DNA from: an uncultured Saprospiraceae bacterium
Lineage (GTDB): Bacteria; Bacteroidota; Bacteroidia; Chitinophagales; Saprospiraceae
Assembly: GCA_964426625.1 (NCBI GenBank)
Contig: CAYRRD010000010.1
Coordinates: forward strand, 9,428 to 73,427
Reading direction: 5' to 3'
DNA: 64,000 nucleotides
Shown: positions 37,574 to 48,999 of the stretch, in pieces
How positions within the stretch are numbered: position 1 is the first letter of the stretch
Layout of the letters: each line of letters starts with the position of its first letter
Made by a program: the position numbers and the translations under genes
Notes under the pieces: generated by a model
Database searches by the model: none
What the model saw: the letters and a program-made list of their open reading frames with translations, nothing else
Told to the model about the DNA's origin: nothing

Positions 37574-38612
37574 ATCGATCTGCATACATCACCAGAAAAT
37601 ATATCTGGAAGATATCCCGGCCTGGGCTGCTCATTGGAAAGGGGATCCTGGGATACCGGATTTTCTTCAACATTGGACCGATGATAACCCTGCATTCCCT
37701 GCTTTGACTTCTGGTTCTACGGGCCACCCCATCCCAATTTTATTGAGAAAAGACTATGCGTGGACCAGTGCCCGGGCGACCATCGGGTATCTGGGTCTTT
37801 CTCCTGGTACCAATATCCTCCTTTCCATGCCTGCCGTCTATATTGCTGGTCGTATGATGATCGTTCGTGCACTGGCAGGTGATTTTAACCTGATCCCTGT
37901 CCAACCTTCTTCACGACCCTCGATTCCCGATCTTCCAATCGAATTGGCAGCTTTTACACCCCATCAGTTTCATCATATCGTGGGGTCCACTGAGAACCTA
38001 AGTAATTTGAATGTTCGAAATATCCTTCTGGGAGGAGCCCCCGTTTCGATTGAACTGATAAAGCAGGTAGAATTATTTCGGGGAAGAATATTCGAAACAT
38101 TTGGAATGACCGAAACGTATTCTCATGTGGCAATGCGTGAACGATATCCGGTAGATCAACCTTATTTTGAAGCGGTAGGTCCGGTCACTTTTTCTCAGAT
38201 CAATGGACGTCTCATCATACATGCCCCGCACCTGGGGATTGATGCCCTTGAAACCAGGGATGTGGTGAAACTAAACGGCGATACCCGGATGGAATGGCTT
38301 GGAAGGGCAGATAATGTGATCAATTCTGGCGGTATTAAAATACATCCTGAGTTGGTGGAGAAAAAACTCGCAACTTTCATTCACCGGCCCTTTTTTATCA
38401 CAGGTCAAAAGGATCGAAAGTATGGTCAACGCGTGGTTATCGTGATCGAAAAGGGAAAGGATGGATCAGAAGATCTCCGACTTTTAGAGGGTTTGGACGA
38501 CATTTTGGATCGATATGAAAAACCAAAATCCACGGTATGGGTTGATACTATGATCTATACGGAAACAGGTAAAATCAACAGAAAAGCAACTTGTCAATAC
38601 TACCGGATTTGA
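37560..38612 (+). CDS. menE: o-Succinylbenzoate-CoA ligase
   Basis: AMP-binding motifs TSGSTGHPIPI, FGMTET, GRADNVINSGGIKIHPELVE. Start at MEHFESI (37560), overlapping the menC stop by 14 nt. Confidence 0.85.
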   Translation: MEHFESICIHHQKIYLEDIPAWAAHWKGDPGIPDFLQHWTDDNPAFPALTSGSTGHPIPILLRKDYAWTSARATIGYLGLSPGTNILLSMPAVYIAGRMMIVRALAGDFNLIPVQPSSRPSIPDLPIELAAFTPHQFHHIVGSTENLSNLNVRNILLGGAPVSIELIKQVELFRGRIFETFGMTETYSHVAMRERYPVDQPYFEAVGPVTFSQINGRLIIHAPHLGIDALETRDVVKLNGDTRMEWLGRADNVINSGGIKIHPELVEKKLATFIHRPFFITGQKDRKYGQRVVIVIEKGKDGSEDLRLLEGLDDILDRYEKPKSTVWVDTMIYTETGKINRKATCQYYRI

Positions 38613-39646
38613 AGGATACCAAACAACCATATCACCCTACGACCGAGGCTATTGCTATTTTTTCCAGACCAGAAACATGGCAATTTTTACAGGTTTCGGG
38701 TCCAGCTGTTGCCTTATCCGTCAGCGATATTCCCAGGGAGGAGGGATTCGTCTTTGCGCCTTTTGACCCGGGTGCGGAACCAACGTATTTTGTACGGGGT
38801 AAGCCCCGTGAAATCGACATTAATGATTTTCAGGAACCTGAAACCTGGCATATTCGTGAAAGAAAGATAAAGGCAACCGATAGATCTTTGTACCAGGAAC
38901 TTTTTGAACAAGCCCTCGATTTTATCGGAACGCATGAATCGGAAAAAATCGTACTGTCAGCCAGAGCGATCGGTGATTCCTTGATCCCGTCCATACCAGG
39001 CATACTAACGGAACTGCGTGAAGCATATCCCACCGCCTTTGTTTATGCTTTTTATCTTCCGGATAAAGAATTCTGGATCGGTGCCACACCGGAATTACTA
39101 TGGGAAACGACACCCGATGTCCATCGTACCGTAGCGTTGGCCGGTACCATGCAGCACGGAGATCAATTGGAAGTATGGGGGGGAAAAGAACGACTGGAAC
39201 ATCGATACGTAGAGTGGTTCGTGGAAGAACAATTGGGGGACAGATCGTACACAAAATCGGGTCCGCGTCCAGTCAAAGCCGGACCGATTTACCATTTGAA
39301 AACCGAGTATGAGATCGCTCTGCAGGAATCAGATATCAATCCTGTTGATTTTCACCCGGGCCCTGCTCTGAGTGGATATCCCGTGCCCTCTGCAGTGCGG
39401 TGGATAATACAAAAAGAACACGAGCCACGACGCTATTATACTGGTTTTCTTGGGCCGGTTACAGAAACTGGCCAAAGTGCATTGTATATTAACCTGCGTT
39501 GTGTGGAAATCCTGCAATCTGGTAATGTCTATTACGCTGGTGGAGGACTGACTTCCGATTCCAATGTCGATAGCGAATGGAAGGAGATTCAGGATAAATT
39601 AAGTACTTTGCGATCGAAATTTAGGTATGACCAGGAAACAGTATGA
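38591..39646 (+). CDS. menF: Isochorismate synthase
   Basis: Chorismate-binding domain motifs (ALAGT, GGKERLEH, HPGPALSGYP, YYTGFLGP, YAGGGLT). Only a TTG start is available at 38591. Confidence 0.8.
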   Translation: MSILPDLKDTKQPYHPTTEAIAIFSRPETWQFLQVSGPAVALSVSDIPREEGFVFAPFDPGAEPTYFVRGKPREIDINDFQEPETWHIRERKIKATDRSLYQELFEQALDFIGTHESEKIVLSARAIGDSLIPSIPGILTELREAYPTAFVYAFYLPDKEFWIGATPELLWETTPDVHRTVALAGTMQHGDQLEVWGGKERLEHRYVEWFVEEQLGDRSYTKSGPRPVKAGPIYHLKTEYEIALQESDINPVDFHPGPALSGYPVPSAVRWIIQKEHEPRRYYTGFLGPVTETGQSALYINLRCVEILQSGNVYYAGGGLTSDSNVDSEWKEIQDKLSTLRSKFRYDQETV

Positions 39647-41325
39647 TTTCAAATAAAGCAGTTATCCAACGTTTGGTGGAATTATTTGCTCAGAAGGGCC
39701 TCAATCAGGTGGTGGTGAGCCCCGGATCGCGTAATGCTCCCCTTATTCAAACCTTTGCGGGGCGGGGTGATTTTCAGATGTATTCAATTCCTGATGAACG
39801 AACCGCAGGATTTTTTGCACTGGGTATCGCTATGAAACTCCGCAAACCCGTCATTCTCAACTGTACATCTGGCTCTGCATTGCTCCATTATGGTCCTGCA
39901 ATTGTCGAAGCCTATTATCAAAATATTCCCCTTGTGGTTCTTTCCGCAGATCGACCTGCGCATTTGATTGATCAGGGGCACGGACAGTCTATTCGACAAG
40001 AGAACGTATATGCTAATTACATCAAAGCCAGTTATAATATAGACGAAGGGTCGGTCCATCAACCGTGGTATTTTGACCTCAAGATCAATGAGACGCTCCA
40101 GAATACCTTGGGAGAAGACGAAGGTCCGGTACATATCAATATTCAGCTCGATGAACCATTGTATGAGTTTGAGGAACCCGGGCCCATTGAAGTTCGTACC
40201 ATCCATTATCCGGTATTGCAAAAATTTCCGGATCCGGAAACCACCAGCCGATTGATGAAAGTGTGGGACCGCTCCGAGCGGGTGATGATCCTCGTTGGCC
40301 AGCATCCACCACGGAATATGCTCAACACATGGCTAGAGCAAATGGCCACACGCAAAAAAGTCGTGGTGCTAACAGAACATACCTCCAATGTTAATGGAAA
40401 TTATTTCCGCATCGAAAATATAGACCGATGTATTTTTCCAATGGATCGGGATGATTGGGAAAAATACAAACCGGATTTGTTGATAACATTTGGAAAGGAG
40501 ATTGTATCCAAGAAGATCAAAAAATTGCTGTTGGAAACCTCCGGTGTAAAACATTGGCATGTGGGTAAGAACGCTGATTACAGGGATACCTTTGGCAGTC
40601 TGACTGAAATTCTCCGATTGCCACCCCATCAGTTTTTGATGTCGATCAATGATTTTAAGAAGAAAAAATCAGATTATCGCCAACTTTGGGAAAACAGAGC
40701 CGCCTCAGCCAGAGACACGCACCATTTCTTCCTCGAATCAGCTCCCTGGTCTGATCTCAAAGCCTGGAACTTTATTATGAAAAATTTACCACAGGATTTG
40801 GTCCTGCATTTGGGCAACAGTGCCTCAATAAGATATAGTTTGTTATTTGAACTTCCTGAAGGGATCGATTGCTACAGCAATCGTGGGGTGAGCGGAATCG
40901 ATGGTTGTACCAGTACCGCACTGGGGTTTGCGACCCAGCAGGTCGATCGACCTGTATGGTTGATTTGCGGAGATATTTCCTTTCTCTACGACCGAAATGC
41001 ATTCTGGCAGACCCCAGAACCCCCCAATTTCAAAATAATTGTCATCAATAATGGGGGTGGAGGAATTTTTCGTTTTATCGAAGGTCCGGATAAATCCATG
41101 ATAGCAGATCCGTTTTTGGAAACACCCCATCAGGATAGCGTCATCACAGGGATTGGAAATCCGTTGATTACCACGTTTTCGGTATCTGAGTTCGATGATC
41201 TGCAGAATATTTTTCCGACATTTGTGTCGGTGAAAGGTCCGGCTGTGCTGGAAGTGAGAACACCCACTGATCAGAACGACCAGGTATTGAAACAATATTT
41301 TGAGCGATTAAAATTATCAAAATGA
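39643..41325 (+). CDS. menD: SEPHCHC synthase (2-succinyl-5-enolpyruvyl-6-hydroxy-3-cyclohexene-1-carboxylate synthase)
   Basis: ThDP-enzyme layout, [10 protein letters not shown]-terminal motif, C-terminal GDISFLYD...NNGGGGIF ThDP-binding fold. ATGA overlap with menF. Confidence 0.9.
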   Translation: MISNKAVIQRLVELFAQKGLNQVVVSPGSRNAPLIQTFAGRGDFQMYSIPDERTAGFFALGIAMKLRKPVILNCTSGSALLHYGPAIVEAYYQNIPLVVLSADRPAHLIDQGHGQSIRQENVYANYIKASYNIDEGSVHQPWYFDLKINETLQNTLGEDEGPVHINIQLDEPLYEFEEPGPIEVRTIHYPVLQKFPDPETTSRLMKVWDRSERVMILVGQHPPRNMLNTWLEQMATRKKVVVLTEHTSNVNGNYFRIENIDRCIFPMDRDDWEKYKPDLLITFGKEIVSKKIKKLLLETSGVKHWHVGKNADYRDTFGSLTEILRLPPHQFLMSINDFKKKKSDYRQLWENRAASARDTHHFFLESAPWSDLKAWNFIMKNLPQDLVLHLGNSASIRYSLLFELPEGIDCYSNRGVSGIDGCTSTALGFATQQVDRPVWLICGDISFLYDRNAFWQTPEPPNFKIIVINNGGGGIFRFIEGPDKSMIADPFLETPHQDSVITGIGNPLITTFSVSEFDDLQNIFPTFVSVKGPAVLEVRTPTDQNDQVLKQYFERLKLSK

Positions 41326-42143
41326 GTCAGAGAGTTTGGAAAACCATACAGGAGTACAACGACATTCTTTTTGAGGAGTGTGACAAAGTAGCAAAAATCA
41401 CTTTCAATCGGCCCGAAGTGTACAATGCGTTTCGGCCAGAGACGGTACACGAATTGATCTCCGCGTTTCGGATCTGTGCGGATCGCACCGATATACGGGT
41501 TGTAGTACTTACAGGAATCGGGGATAAAGCCTTTTGTTCGGGGGGAGATCAGAATGTGAAAGGTAAAGGGGGATATGTAGGGGAGGATGGAGTGCCACGC
41601 CTCAATATACTGGATGTGCACAAACAAATCCGTTCCCTGCCCAAACCAGTTATAGCCATGGTCAATGGGTACGCCATAGGGGGCGGTCACGTGCTGCATG
41701 TAGTTTGCGACCTGACCATCGCTTCCGAAAATGCCATTTTCGGTCAGACCGGACCCAAAGTGGGTAGCTTTGATGCCGGATTTGGTTCATCGTATCTGGC
41801 CCGCCACGTAGGTCAGAAGAAAGCCCGGGAAATTTGGTTTTTGTGCGAGCAATATACAGCCAGGGAAGCCGAACAGATGGGGATGGTTAATAAAGTGGTT
41901 CCGTTGGAGAAACTGGAAGACACGGTGATGGACTGGTGCCGGATAATTCAGCAACGAAGCCCCATGGCGGTGAGGATGATCAAACGTGGGCTCAATGCAG
42001 AACTTGACGGGCAGCGTGGTCTCATGGAATTCGCAGGAGATGCTACCTTGATGTATTATCTGATGGATGAAGCCCAGGAAGGTCGTCAGGCATTTCTTGA
42101 GAAAAGGGATCCCGATTTCGATAAATTTCCCAAATTCCCGTAG
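41322..42143 (+). CDS. menB: 1,4-dihydroxy-2-naphthoyl-CoA synthase
   Basis: Crotonase fold with [19 protein letters not shown] and DATLMYY...[10 protein letters not shown] motifs. ATGA overlap with menD. Confidence 0.93.
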   Translation: MSQRVWKTIQEYNDILFEECDKVAKITFNRPEVYNAFRPETVHELISAFRICADRTDIRVVVLTGIGDKAFCSGGDQNVKGKGGYVGEDGVPRLNILDVHKQIRSLPKPVIAMVNGYAIGGGHVLHVVCDLTIASENAIFGQTGPKVGSFDAGFGSSYLARHVGQKKAREIWFLCEQYTAREAEQMGMVNKVVPLEKLEDTVMDWCRIIQQRSPMAVRMIKRGLNAELDGQRGLMEFAGDATLMYYLMDEAQEGRQAFLEKRDPDFDKFPKFP

Positions 42144-43045
42144 TGACTACCTGGAAAGCCTGGATCCATGCCGCCAGATTGCGCACCCTACCTTTGGCAT
42201 TGGCGGTCGTTTGTATGGGTGGAATCCTGGCCTATGCCGATGGTTACGTGAATGGTGCAGCTCTTATTCTGGCTATTCTGACTACCTTGCTATTACAGAT
42301 CCTTTCCAATTTTGCAAACGACTACGGTGATTTTACTTCTGGGGTGGATATCGCTGGCCGGGTAGGTCCACAGCGTGCCCTGCAAGCTGGTTTTATCCAA
42401 CCCGCTCAGATGCGTGGTGCATTGGTGGTTACTTCCCTGTTGGCTCTTTTATCGGGCATTGTGCTGCTTTATGTCGCTGATTTGTCACAAGGTGACTGGA
42501 TCGGCTTTCTTGTCCTTGGGTTATTGTCTATTGCTGCGGCGATCACATACACGGTGGGTAAACGGCCTTATGGGTATGTAGGTCTGGGGGATGTGTCCGT
42601 GTTTATTTTTTTCGGTTTGGTGGGAGTCCTTGGAACTCATTATCTGATTCACGGAACTTTCCATCCACGCAACATTCTACTGGCAGCAACCTGTGGTTTA
42701 TTTTCTGTGGGTGTCCTTAATCTCAACAATATCCGGGATTTGGAGGCAGATAAACGCCACGGTAAAAATACCCTGCCCGTATTCATAGGGTATGATGCTG
42801 CCCGGAAGTATCATGTTGGGTTGATCGGTGCCGGTTGGTTACTAGCTATTATTTATACAGTCATCAACTATCATAACTGGACACAATGGATCATGCTGCT
42901 TACTTTACCTTTGTTTGTCCGAAATGTGACGGCATTGTGGAAAAATCCCGGACAGATGATTGATCCGCTTCTTAAGCAATTGGCGATCAGTACACTTATG
43001 TTTGTTATTCTGACAGGGATTGGTTGGTTGTTGGCAGGAAATTAA
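42143..43045 (+). CDS. menA: 1,4-dihydroxy-2-naphthoate polyprenyltransferase
   Basis: UbiA-family 8-9 TM protein with NFANDYGD and NNIRDLEADKRHGKNTL motifs. GTG start overlaps the menB stop. Confidence 0.88.
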   Translation: MTTWKAWIHAARLRTLPLALAVVCMGGILAYADGYVNGAALILAILTTLLLQILSNFANDYGDFTSGVDIAGRVGPQRALQAGFIQPAQMRGALVVTSLLALLSGIVLLYVADLSQGDWIGFLVLGLLSIAAAITYTVGKRPYGYVGLGDVSVFIFFGLVGVLGTHYLIHGTFHPRNILLAATCGLFSVGVLNLNNIRDLEADKRHGKNTLPVFIGYDAARKYHVGLIGAGWLLAIIYTVINYHNWTQWIMLLTLPLFVRNVTALWKNPGQMIDPLLKQLAISTLMFVILTGIGWLLAGN

Positions 43046-43273
43046 ACAAAAGTTGCAGATTTTATCTTCTAAAAACATGGTACGAGATTGACAGATTTGA
43101 AGGAATTGTGGTATATTCATCACGACCAGTACAGATTAATGGATCTGCCGGAGTACGATAGCTTCTGTTTTAGGTCGCTCATGATGGGACATTTTTAAGA
43201 TAAATTGCAGATTATTGATAAATTCCTACCCTATTCACAATAATGGGAGTCCTTGAATTGGACAAGAAAGGTT

Positions 43274-46200
43274 ATGCCCGGGAAACTGAATAAAATCTTT
43301 AGTTGTGTATTTTTCCCCGCTGTGCTCATCATGTTGGGGAAGCCACATTTGTCAGCCCAGGTGGAACCTATGCCCTCCTACAATCTATATACTCCGGATT
43401 ATCAGACCTATCGTGTTGAAAAAGAATTGTATTCGTTTAACACGATTCGATATATGTTCCAGGACCGGAATAAAAAATTGTGGATATCGACTGCTCACGA
43501 TTTCAAGCGGACGAATGGATATCACTTTTTTAGTCTTCCGGAGATTGCGCAGGGGGTTACACACAACATTGATCATATAAGTCACGGTCATCCCTGGAAC
43601 GATTCTATTAACTACCTGGTCGAGCAAAAAGAAAACCAATCTCTAAGATCCCTGGCTTTACATTTTAATCATCCGGTGAGGACACAAAGATTGGACGATC
43701 TTCAGAATTACCCGAGTAATTTGTTGTTTTATGATGTAATCTGGAACGAAAATGTATATGAAGTCAGGTCCGATTCCCTTCAGGAACTCACACTCAGGGT
43801 TGTAACTCCGGAAGGACGAGTATCTTATCAGGTAAAATTGCCAAGGTTTGAAGGTAGTTTGACCCATTTTTGTGTCACCAGGGAGAATGTATGGTTTGTC
43901 CTGGATAATCAGAAGATCGTCTGTTACACGCTGTCTCCCAAGGGAGAGCTGATATCGCCGGTTCACATTCAGGCCCATGACAATATCCGGATATTTCATA
44001 GTGATCGGTTAGGGAACCTGTGGTTGAGCACATGGGATGGCATATATCAGATTCGAAATTTTTCCAACGGAAGTGAGCTGACCAAAGTAGCCGCTTTACC
44101 CCATATGGAAATGATATTTGAAGATGATCTTGGAAATTTAATTTTTGGTTCCACATCCTTCCCCCGACGTATCAATCAAAGCTATCTATATATTCGGGAG
44201 GGAGGAAGATGGATCGATTTGCAACCCCTGATCCATGAATTACCTGATCTCCATTTTTTTACCGGTAATGATTTTCAGAAAGAGCTTTTTATTGGTGCTC
44301 AAAACAGCTTATCCACATTGCGGTTTACCGACCACCCTATAAGCAAAGATATATTTCGTCGCAATGGATCTGATTTGACATGGGAGTTCAATGCCAAAGG
44401 AATTTATAAAACTGATTCAACCTTCTTTACATTGGTCACGCATCAGGGTTTGTGGGTCCGGGATATGATCTCAGGAAAGGAGGAGTTGATAAAGTTTCAA
44501 CATCCTGTCACCAGAGAGTCCATGGCATTTGAAAACCCCGGCAAAATCGAAGTAGATACCTCAGGACGGTTGTGGTTCACATCTGGTGAGTGGATGGGCA
44601 CCGATGAATCAAAGTACTTGATCAGCTATGATCCACGGTACAGAAAGAAAAGCATGGTCCGGTTTTCTTCCCCCATTACTAGCCATACAGCTTCCCGGGC
44701 AAATGATTTGTGGGTATCCACACAACCGACCGACAAAACCCAAACTATACACCATTTTGATGTAGTTGATCAACACAGAACCCGGCAATGGAATTTACCC
44801 CTTGACATTGGGCGTATCAACGATATTTATATTTGGGGCAATGACACCATGTATCTGGGAACGGATTACGGATTTTACCAATTTATCCTTTCTACCAGTG
44901 AGCTGGCACGAATTCCCCTAATGACCAACCCACTCTTGCGAACCATCATATTTTCCATTTTTTATTTCGATGATAAATTTTTCCTGGCAAGTCGTGATGG
45001 GCTTTTTGTCTATGATCCTCATGACCAGAATATTGTCCGATATAATAATAGCAATGGATTGCGCAACAACATAGTGACTTCCGTATTTCGGGAAAGAAAG
45101 AACAAATACTGGCTTTCCACCTTGTATGGTGTGGTGATGCTCAATATGGATCAAAACCTGGTATTGAATTACTCTGTCCGTGATGGATTATCTGACAACC
45201 AATTTAATGTTCATTCTCATTTCCAGGATGACTCGGGTTTTTATCTTGGGTACCACAACGGGGTTCTTCAGCTGAATTTAAGGGATTCTATGGTCTCATA
45301 TTTTAATGATTTTAGTCTGGACCATGTTCAATTGTATTACCGGGGCAAAGAAAAGCCTGAAATTTTATTGTCCACGGATAATCACGTGGATATTCCACCC
45401 AATGTAAGCTATATTATGCTGTTTCCCTCATCGTATGGGGCGTATTTTGTTGATTACTATTATTTTAAACTCATCAATACAACCCTCAACGATACGCTGG
45501 CATTTTCTGCTTCCAAGGGAGCCATCATTTCTAAATTGAACGCAGGCACATACCATTTTAAACTTAAGACCTACGATCGATATGGTAATATGATCCCTGG
45601 TGAGAAATCTTATTCGGTGACCATAAATCAACACCTCTACCAGGCAACCTGGTTTAAGGTTCTGATCGTATTACTACTCAACGCAGTCGTAGCCTATATG
45701 GTGTTCTGCTGGTTTCGTGTGCGAAATCGAAAGCGTCGGCTGGCACATGAACAGGCTACCCGTCTATCTGAGTTGGAGCTGCAGGTGTTGCAAGCCCAGC
45801 TCAATCCTCATTTTATTTTCAATACCATCAGTGCGATTCAATACTATATCCAGGACCATGATGTGGACCGGGCTGACCATTATCTGACTTCATTTAGTCG
45901 ATTGATGAGAATGTACCTGGATACATCCAAAAGTAGTTTTATTTCCTTGCAATCTGAAATTGACTTATTGACCAACTATCTGGATCTGGAAATTATGGTA
46001 TCGGATGGCAAATTTCAGGCGCATTATGAGGTGGATCCGGACCTGGATCTGGACAACACGCTGATACCGACCATGACGATACAGCCCTTTGTGGAGAATG
46101 CCATTCAACATGGCTTGTTCAACAAGGAAGGGCAAGGAAATATTTTTCTGCGATTTATATTGTTGAGCGACGAAGAATTGCTTTGTGAGGTGGAGGACGA

Positions 46201-46465
46201 TGGAATCGGTCGGGTGGAGGCAGCCCGGATCAATGCCCAGAATATCCTAAAACCCGAATCGAGGGCGCTTAAGATCATTGACGAAAAGATTGAAGTTCTG
46301 CAGGTAACCCGTGGAGTGAAAATAGACATAGATATTATTGATAAATACCATGAGGACCAGCCTATGGGTACACTGGTTCGCATCATATTCCCGGTTATGA
46401 AACACCCGGAAGCGCAACAAATTTCATCGTTTCCCGTCACAGACACTATGGACTTGAACAATTAG
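43274..46465 (+). CDS. Sensor histidine kinase, beta-propeller/Y_Y_Y periplasmic region plus LytS/YehU-type kinase core
   Basis: Signal peptide, ~750-aa repeat-rich extracytoplasmic part, TM WFKVLIVLLLNAVVAYMVFCWF, LNPHFIFNTISAIQYYI (His_kinase PF06580-type H-box) and a C-terminal HATPase. Start at ATG 43274. Confidence 0.85.
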   Translation: MPGKLNKIFSCVFFPAVLIMLGKPHLSAQVEPMPSYNLYTPDYQTYRVEKELYSFNTIRYMFQDRNKKLWISTAHDFKRTNGYHFFSLPEIAQGVTHNIDHISHGHPWNDSINYLVEQKENQSLRSLALHFNHPVRTQRLDDLQNYPSNLLFYDVIWNENVYEVRSDSLQELTLRVVTPEGRVSYQVKLPRFEGSLTHFCVTRENVWFVLDNQKIVCYTLSPKGELISPVHIQAHDNIRIFHSDRLGNLWLSTWDGIYQIRNFSNGSELTKVAALPHMEMIFEDDLGNLIFGSTSFPRRINQSYLYIREGGRWIDLQPLIHELPDLHFFTGNDFQKELFIGAQNSLSTLRFTDHPISKDIFRRNGSDLTWEFNAKGIYKTDSTFFTLVTHQGLWVRDMISGKEELIKFQHPVTRESMAFENPGKIEVDTSGRLWFTSGEWMGTDESKYLISYDPRYRKKSMVRFSSPITSHTASRANDLWVSTQPTDKTQTIHHFDVVDQHRTRQWNLPLDIGRINDIYIWGNDTMYLGTDYGFYQFILSTSELARIPLMTNPLLRTIIFSIFYFDDKFFLASRDGLFVYDPHDQNIVRYNNSNGLRNNIVTSVFRERKNKYWLSTLYGVVMLNMDQNLVLNYSVRDGLSDNQFNVHSHFQDDSGFYLGYHNGVLQLNLRDSMVSYFNDFSLDHVQLYYRGKEKPEILLSTDNHVDIPPNVSYIMLFPSSYGAYFVDYYYFKLINTTLNDTLAFSASKGAIISKLNAGTYHFKLKTYDRYGNMIPGEKSYSVTINQHLYQATWFKVLIVLLLNAVVAYMVFCWFRVRNRKRRLAHEQATRLSELELQVLQAQLNPHFIFNTISAIQYYIQDHDVDRADHYLTSFSRLMRMYLDTSKSSFISLQSEIDLLTNYLDLEIMVSDGKFQAHYEVDPDLDLDNTLIPTMTIQPFVENAIQHGLFNKEGQGNIFLRFILLSDEELLCEVEDDGIGRVEAARINAQNILKPESRALKIIDEKIEVLQVTRGVKIDIDIIDKYHEDQPMGTLVRIIFPVMKHPEAQQISSFPVTDTMDLNN

Positions 46466-46582
46466 TGCACGATAATACAGGTGTTTATCATGTTTGTCTT
46501 TTTGAATTTTGACCTCCGTGACTTGGTGGATACCCTGATCTGGTAAAAATACAAATATTCGGCTGCATTTCAAGGTACTATG

Positions 46583-47926
46583 CTACGGCTGCCATATGGA
46601 GGGGAGCCAGTCAGGCTGGAACCAGCCATATTTTATCCACAATAAGCTGAAAAGTGCGAGAGTGAGAATCGCATACTGGGGGATAGGAATGTATTCGAAT
46701 GGAGAGATTCCGGTTTTTCTGTATACCACCACGATGGATGCCCCCAATTCAAAAGCATGGGCTATGAGACTTGCCATGATGAGGCCTGCAATTCCCCAAA
46801 TCCAAAATAATAAATAACTCAGAATGAGATTGAGAAATAGTTCTCCCACTGATATCCATAGCAGAGGCTGGAAATTCCGATAGGCGATCAGAATTGGACG
46901 TGGAAATAGCACTCGTATGAGGACCAGCAACAGATACAGGTCAAAGATGAATGATGCTGGAACAAAGGTTTGGTCAAATACCAGACCAAAAAGATAGGAA
47001 CTGGTGGACATTAGGAAAATGGCTACGGGAAGGAATAACATTATGTAGCGGCGGCTGGTATTTCGAATTTGAATGAGTTGGTTTTGAGCCTGGACCCGAT
47101 GGATAATGGCGGTACTGAAGGTGGTTGTCAGGATAACGAAAAGAGGAAACTCCCTGCCTCCATATCGGAAGAAGGCGAATAAATCCCCGGTTCCATAAAA
47201 ATACTGAACCCAAAATCCATCCGACCATAAACTTAGAAAACCTATACCTTGTATAACCATGAGCGTGGTCAGGTGCGGTGCATACACTATCGCTAAGGAT
47301 GGCTTTAGGGGGCGACCATAGAGAAACGCCCAAAGAAAAAGTATAGGTATGGACAAAACAGCCAATCCGAAATACACCATCCTCAGATCGATCTCCGCCA
47401 GAAAAAGCCAAAGAAATGAACCCACGTAGGTGATCAACAGGTACCCTGCCAAAATATAAATGCCTGTAACTTTCCGGATCCTGTGCAGGAAATATGCGAT
47501 GAAAATGGAGACCTGCAGTATCATGTGGAAAATAAGGAAATAATAAAAACCTTCCGGAGGCCTTTGGATGAATCCTGTGTTAGCCAGGATCTCAATGGCT
47601 GCTGAAATAACCAGGAGGATTCCTGAACCTGTAACCAACAACAATTTGCTATAGTCCCTGAAGACCTGGCGGACATTGAATTTTTCTTTCAAACCGGAAT
47701 CCGCCATAAAGCTTTGTAAAAATCCGTGAATCCACCAACCCGTGACAATAGAACTGAGAAATACGACGTATTCATATCCTGCAATTAGCTCTACATCAAT
47801 ACCGATTTTTACCAAAAAAACGGAAACCAAAAACATGGCTGTAAATCGGGACAGGTTAAAGGTCTGAAGGGCAAAAACAGAATCTCTGAATCGTTGCTTT
47901 ATGCGGCTGGGTAACGTTGTGGGCAA
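46583..47926 (-). CDS. Polytopic membrane protein, Wzx/MOP flippase-like
   Basis: 447 aa with ~12-14 TM helices and a basic N-terminal stretch as in polysaccharide-biosynthesis flippases. TTG start at 47926 is uncertain. Confidence 0.45.
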   Translation of the reverse strand: MPTTLPSRIKQRFRDSVFALQTFNLSRFTAMFLVSVFLVKIGIDVELIAGYEYVVFLSSIVTGWWIHGFLQSFMADSGLKEKFNVRQVFRDYSKLLLVTGSGILLVISAAIEILANTGFIQRPPEGFYYFLIFHMILQVSIFIAYFLHRIRKVTGIYILAGYLLITYVGSFLWLFLAEIDLRMVYFGLAVLSIPILFLWAFLYGRPLKPSLAIVYAPHLTTLMVIQGIGFLSLWSDGFWVQYFYGTGDLFAFFRYGGREFPLFVILTTTFSTAIIHRVQAQNQLIQIRNTSRRYIMLFLPVAIFLMSTSSYLFGLVFDQTFVPASFIFDLYLLLVLIRVLFPRPILIAYRNFQPLLWISVGELFLNLILSYLLFWIWGIAGLIMASLIAHAFELGASIVVVYRKTGISPFEYIPIPQYAILTLALFSLLWIKYGWFQPDWLPSIWQP

Positions 47927-48000
47927 TAAATTGATAATTTTCAGTAATTAATAGATGGTAATTAATTGTAATGCGTTATATTTGTAAAAACCCATCAGTT

Positions 48001-48999
48001 ATGGCAAAGATAAAACTATTCCTGTTTCTGTGGATCACTCAAATCGCAGTCGGACCGGCCATGGGCCAGCGATCCGGACTTGAGATTTCCATCGACGAGA
48101 ACAATCGACCAGTAGTTCACCACACCTTGGAACAAGGACAAACGATATATGGAATATCCAAATCCTATGATGTGGATCTCGATGTGCTGGTTGCTCAATT
48201 GTCCGATACTCAGGTTGATGAGTTAAAAATAGGACAAGATATCGTGGTGCCCATTGACAAGAATAAAATTTGTTACCGAAATCAGGATTGCGCCGATGTT
48301 CAGCGGATTCCGATTTATTACAAGGCACGTCGGCAGGATAATCTTTTCCGGATTGCCCGGATTTATTTCAATACTTCGGTAGAGCAAATCAAGCTGAACA
48401 ATCATATGACAAACTCCCTGCTTTCCGATAACCAGGTATTGACGATCGGATGGTTACCTTACCGTGATGAATGGCTTTCCTACCTGAGTCCTAAGCAAAT
48501 GGAAGCGATTGCGCAGGTTACCCCCCAGGATGTGGAAATCAGCGATATTCCTTCCCCAGAAACCATTTCGGAGGATGAATCCGTATTCCTTACCATGCAC
48601 GAAGGACAGGATAACGAAGTCAATTCAGTGCTTGAAGAGCTGGTGGCAAACAATAATTCCAAGCCTGAACGTATATTTATGGATGATGAACTTCATGCCC
48701 CGGTTTTCAATCCCGATAATCGTAAATTGATCACCACAGGAGCCACAGCGTATTGGAACAAAAACAGAAGTTCGAAGAAAGGATTCTACCTATTGCACAA
48801 GACTTTACCGGTCAATACGTTGATCCAGATCAACAATCCTGTCACACAACAGACCGTATTGGCCAAAGTAGTAGGTAAGATCCCGGACAATATTTATTCA
48901 CCGGAAATCAGCGTGGTGGTCACCACAGAAGTGGCAAGGGCTTTGGGTGTCATCGATCAAAAATTTTATACAAAAATTACTTTTCCGGAGCTGGATTAA
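48001..48999 (+). CDS. LysM domain-containing protein
   Basis: Signal peptide and two LysM repeats (GQTIYGISKSYDVDLDVL...GQDIVVP; DNLFRIARIYFNTSVEQIKLNN...NQVLTIGW). The C-terminal beta-barrel-like domain is reminiscent of RlpA/DPBB. Start trimmed to MAKIKLF (48001). Confidence 0.8.
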   Translation: MAKIKLFLFLWITQIAVGPAMGQRSGLEISIDENNRPVVHHTLEQGQTIYGISKSYDVDLDVLVAQLSDTQVDELKIGQDIVVPIDKNKICYRNQDCADVQRIPIYYKARRQDNLFRIARIYFNTSVEQIKLNNHMTNSLLSDNQVLTIGWLPYRDEWLSYLSPKQMEAIAQVTPQDVEISDIPSPETISEDESVFLTMHEGQDNEVNSVLEELVANNNSKPERIFMDDELHAPVFNPDNRKLITTGATAYWNKNRSSKKGFYLLHKTLPVNTLIQINNPVTQQTVLAKVVGKIPDNIYSPEISVVVTTEVARALGVIDQKFYTKITFPELD

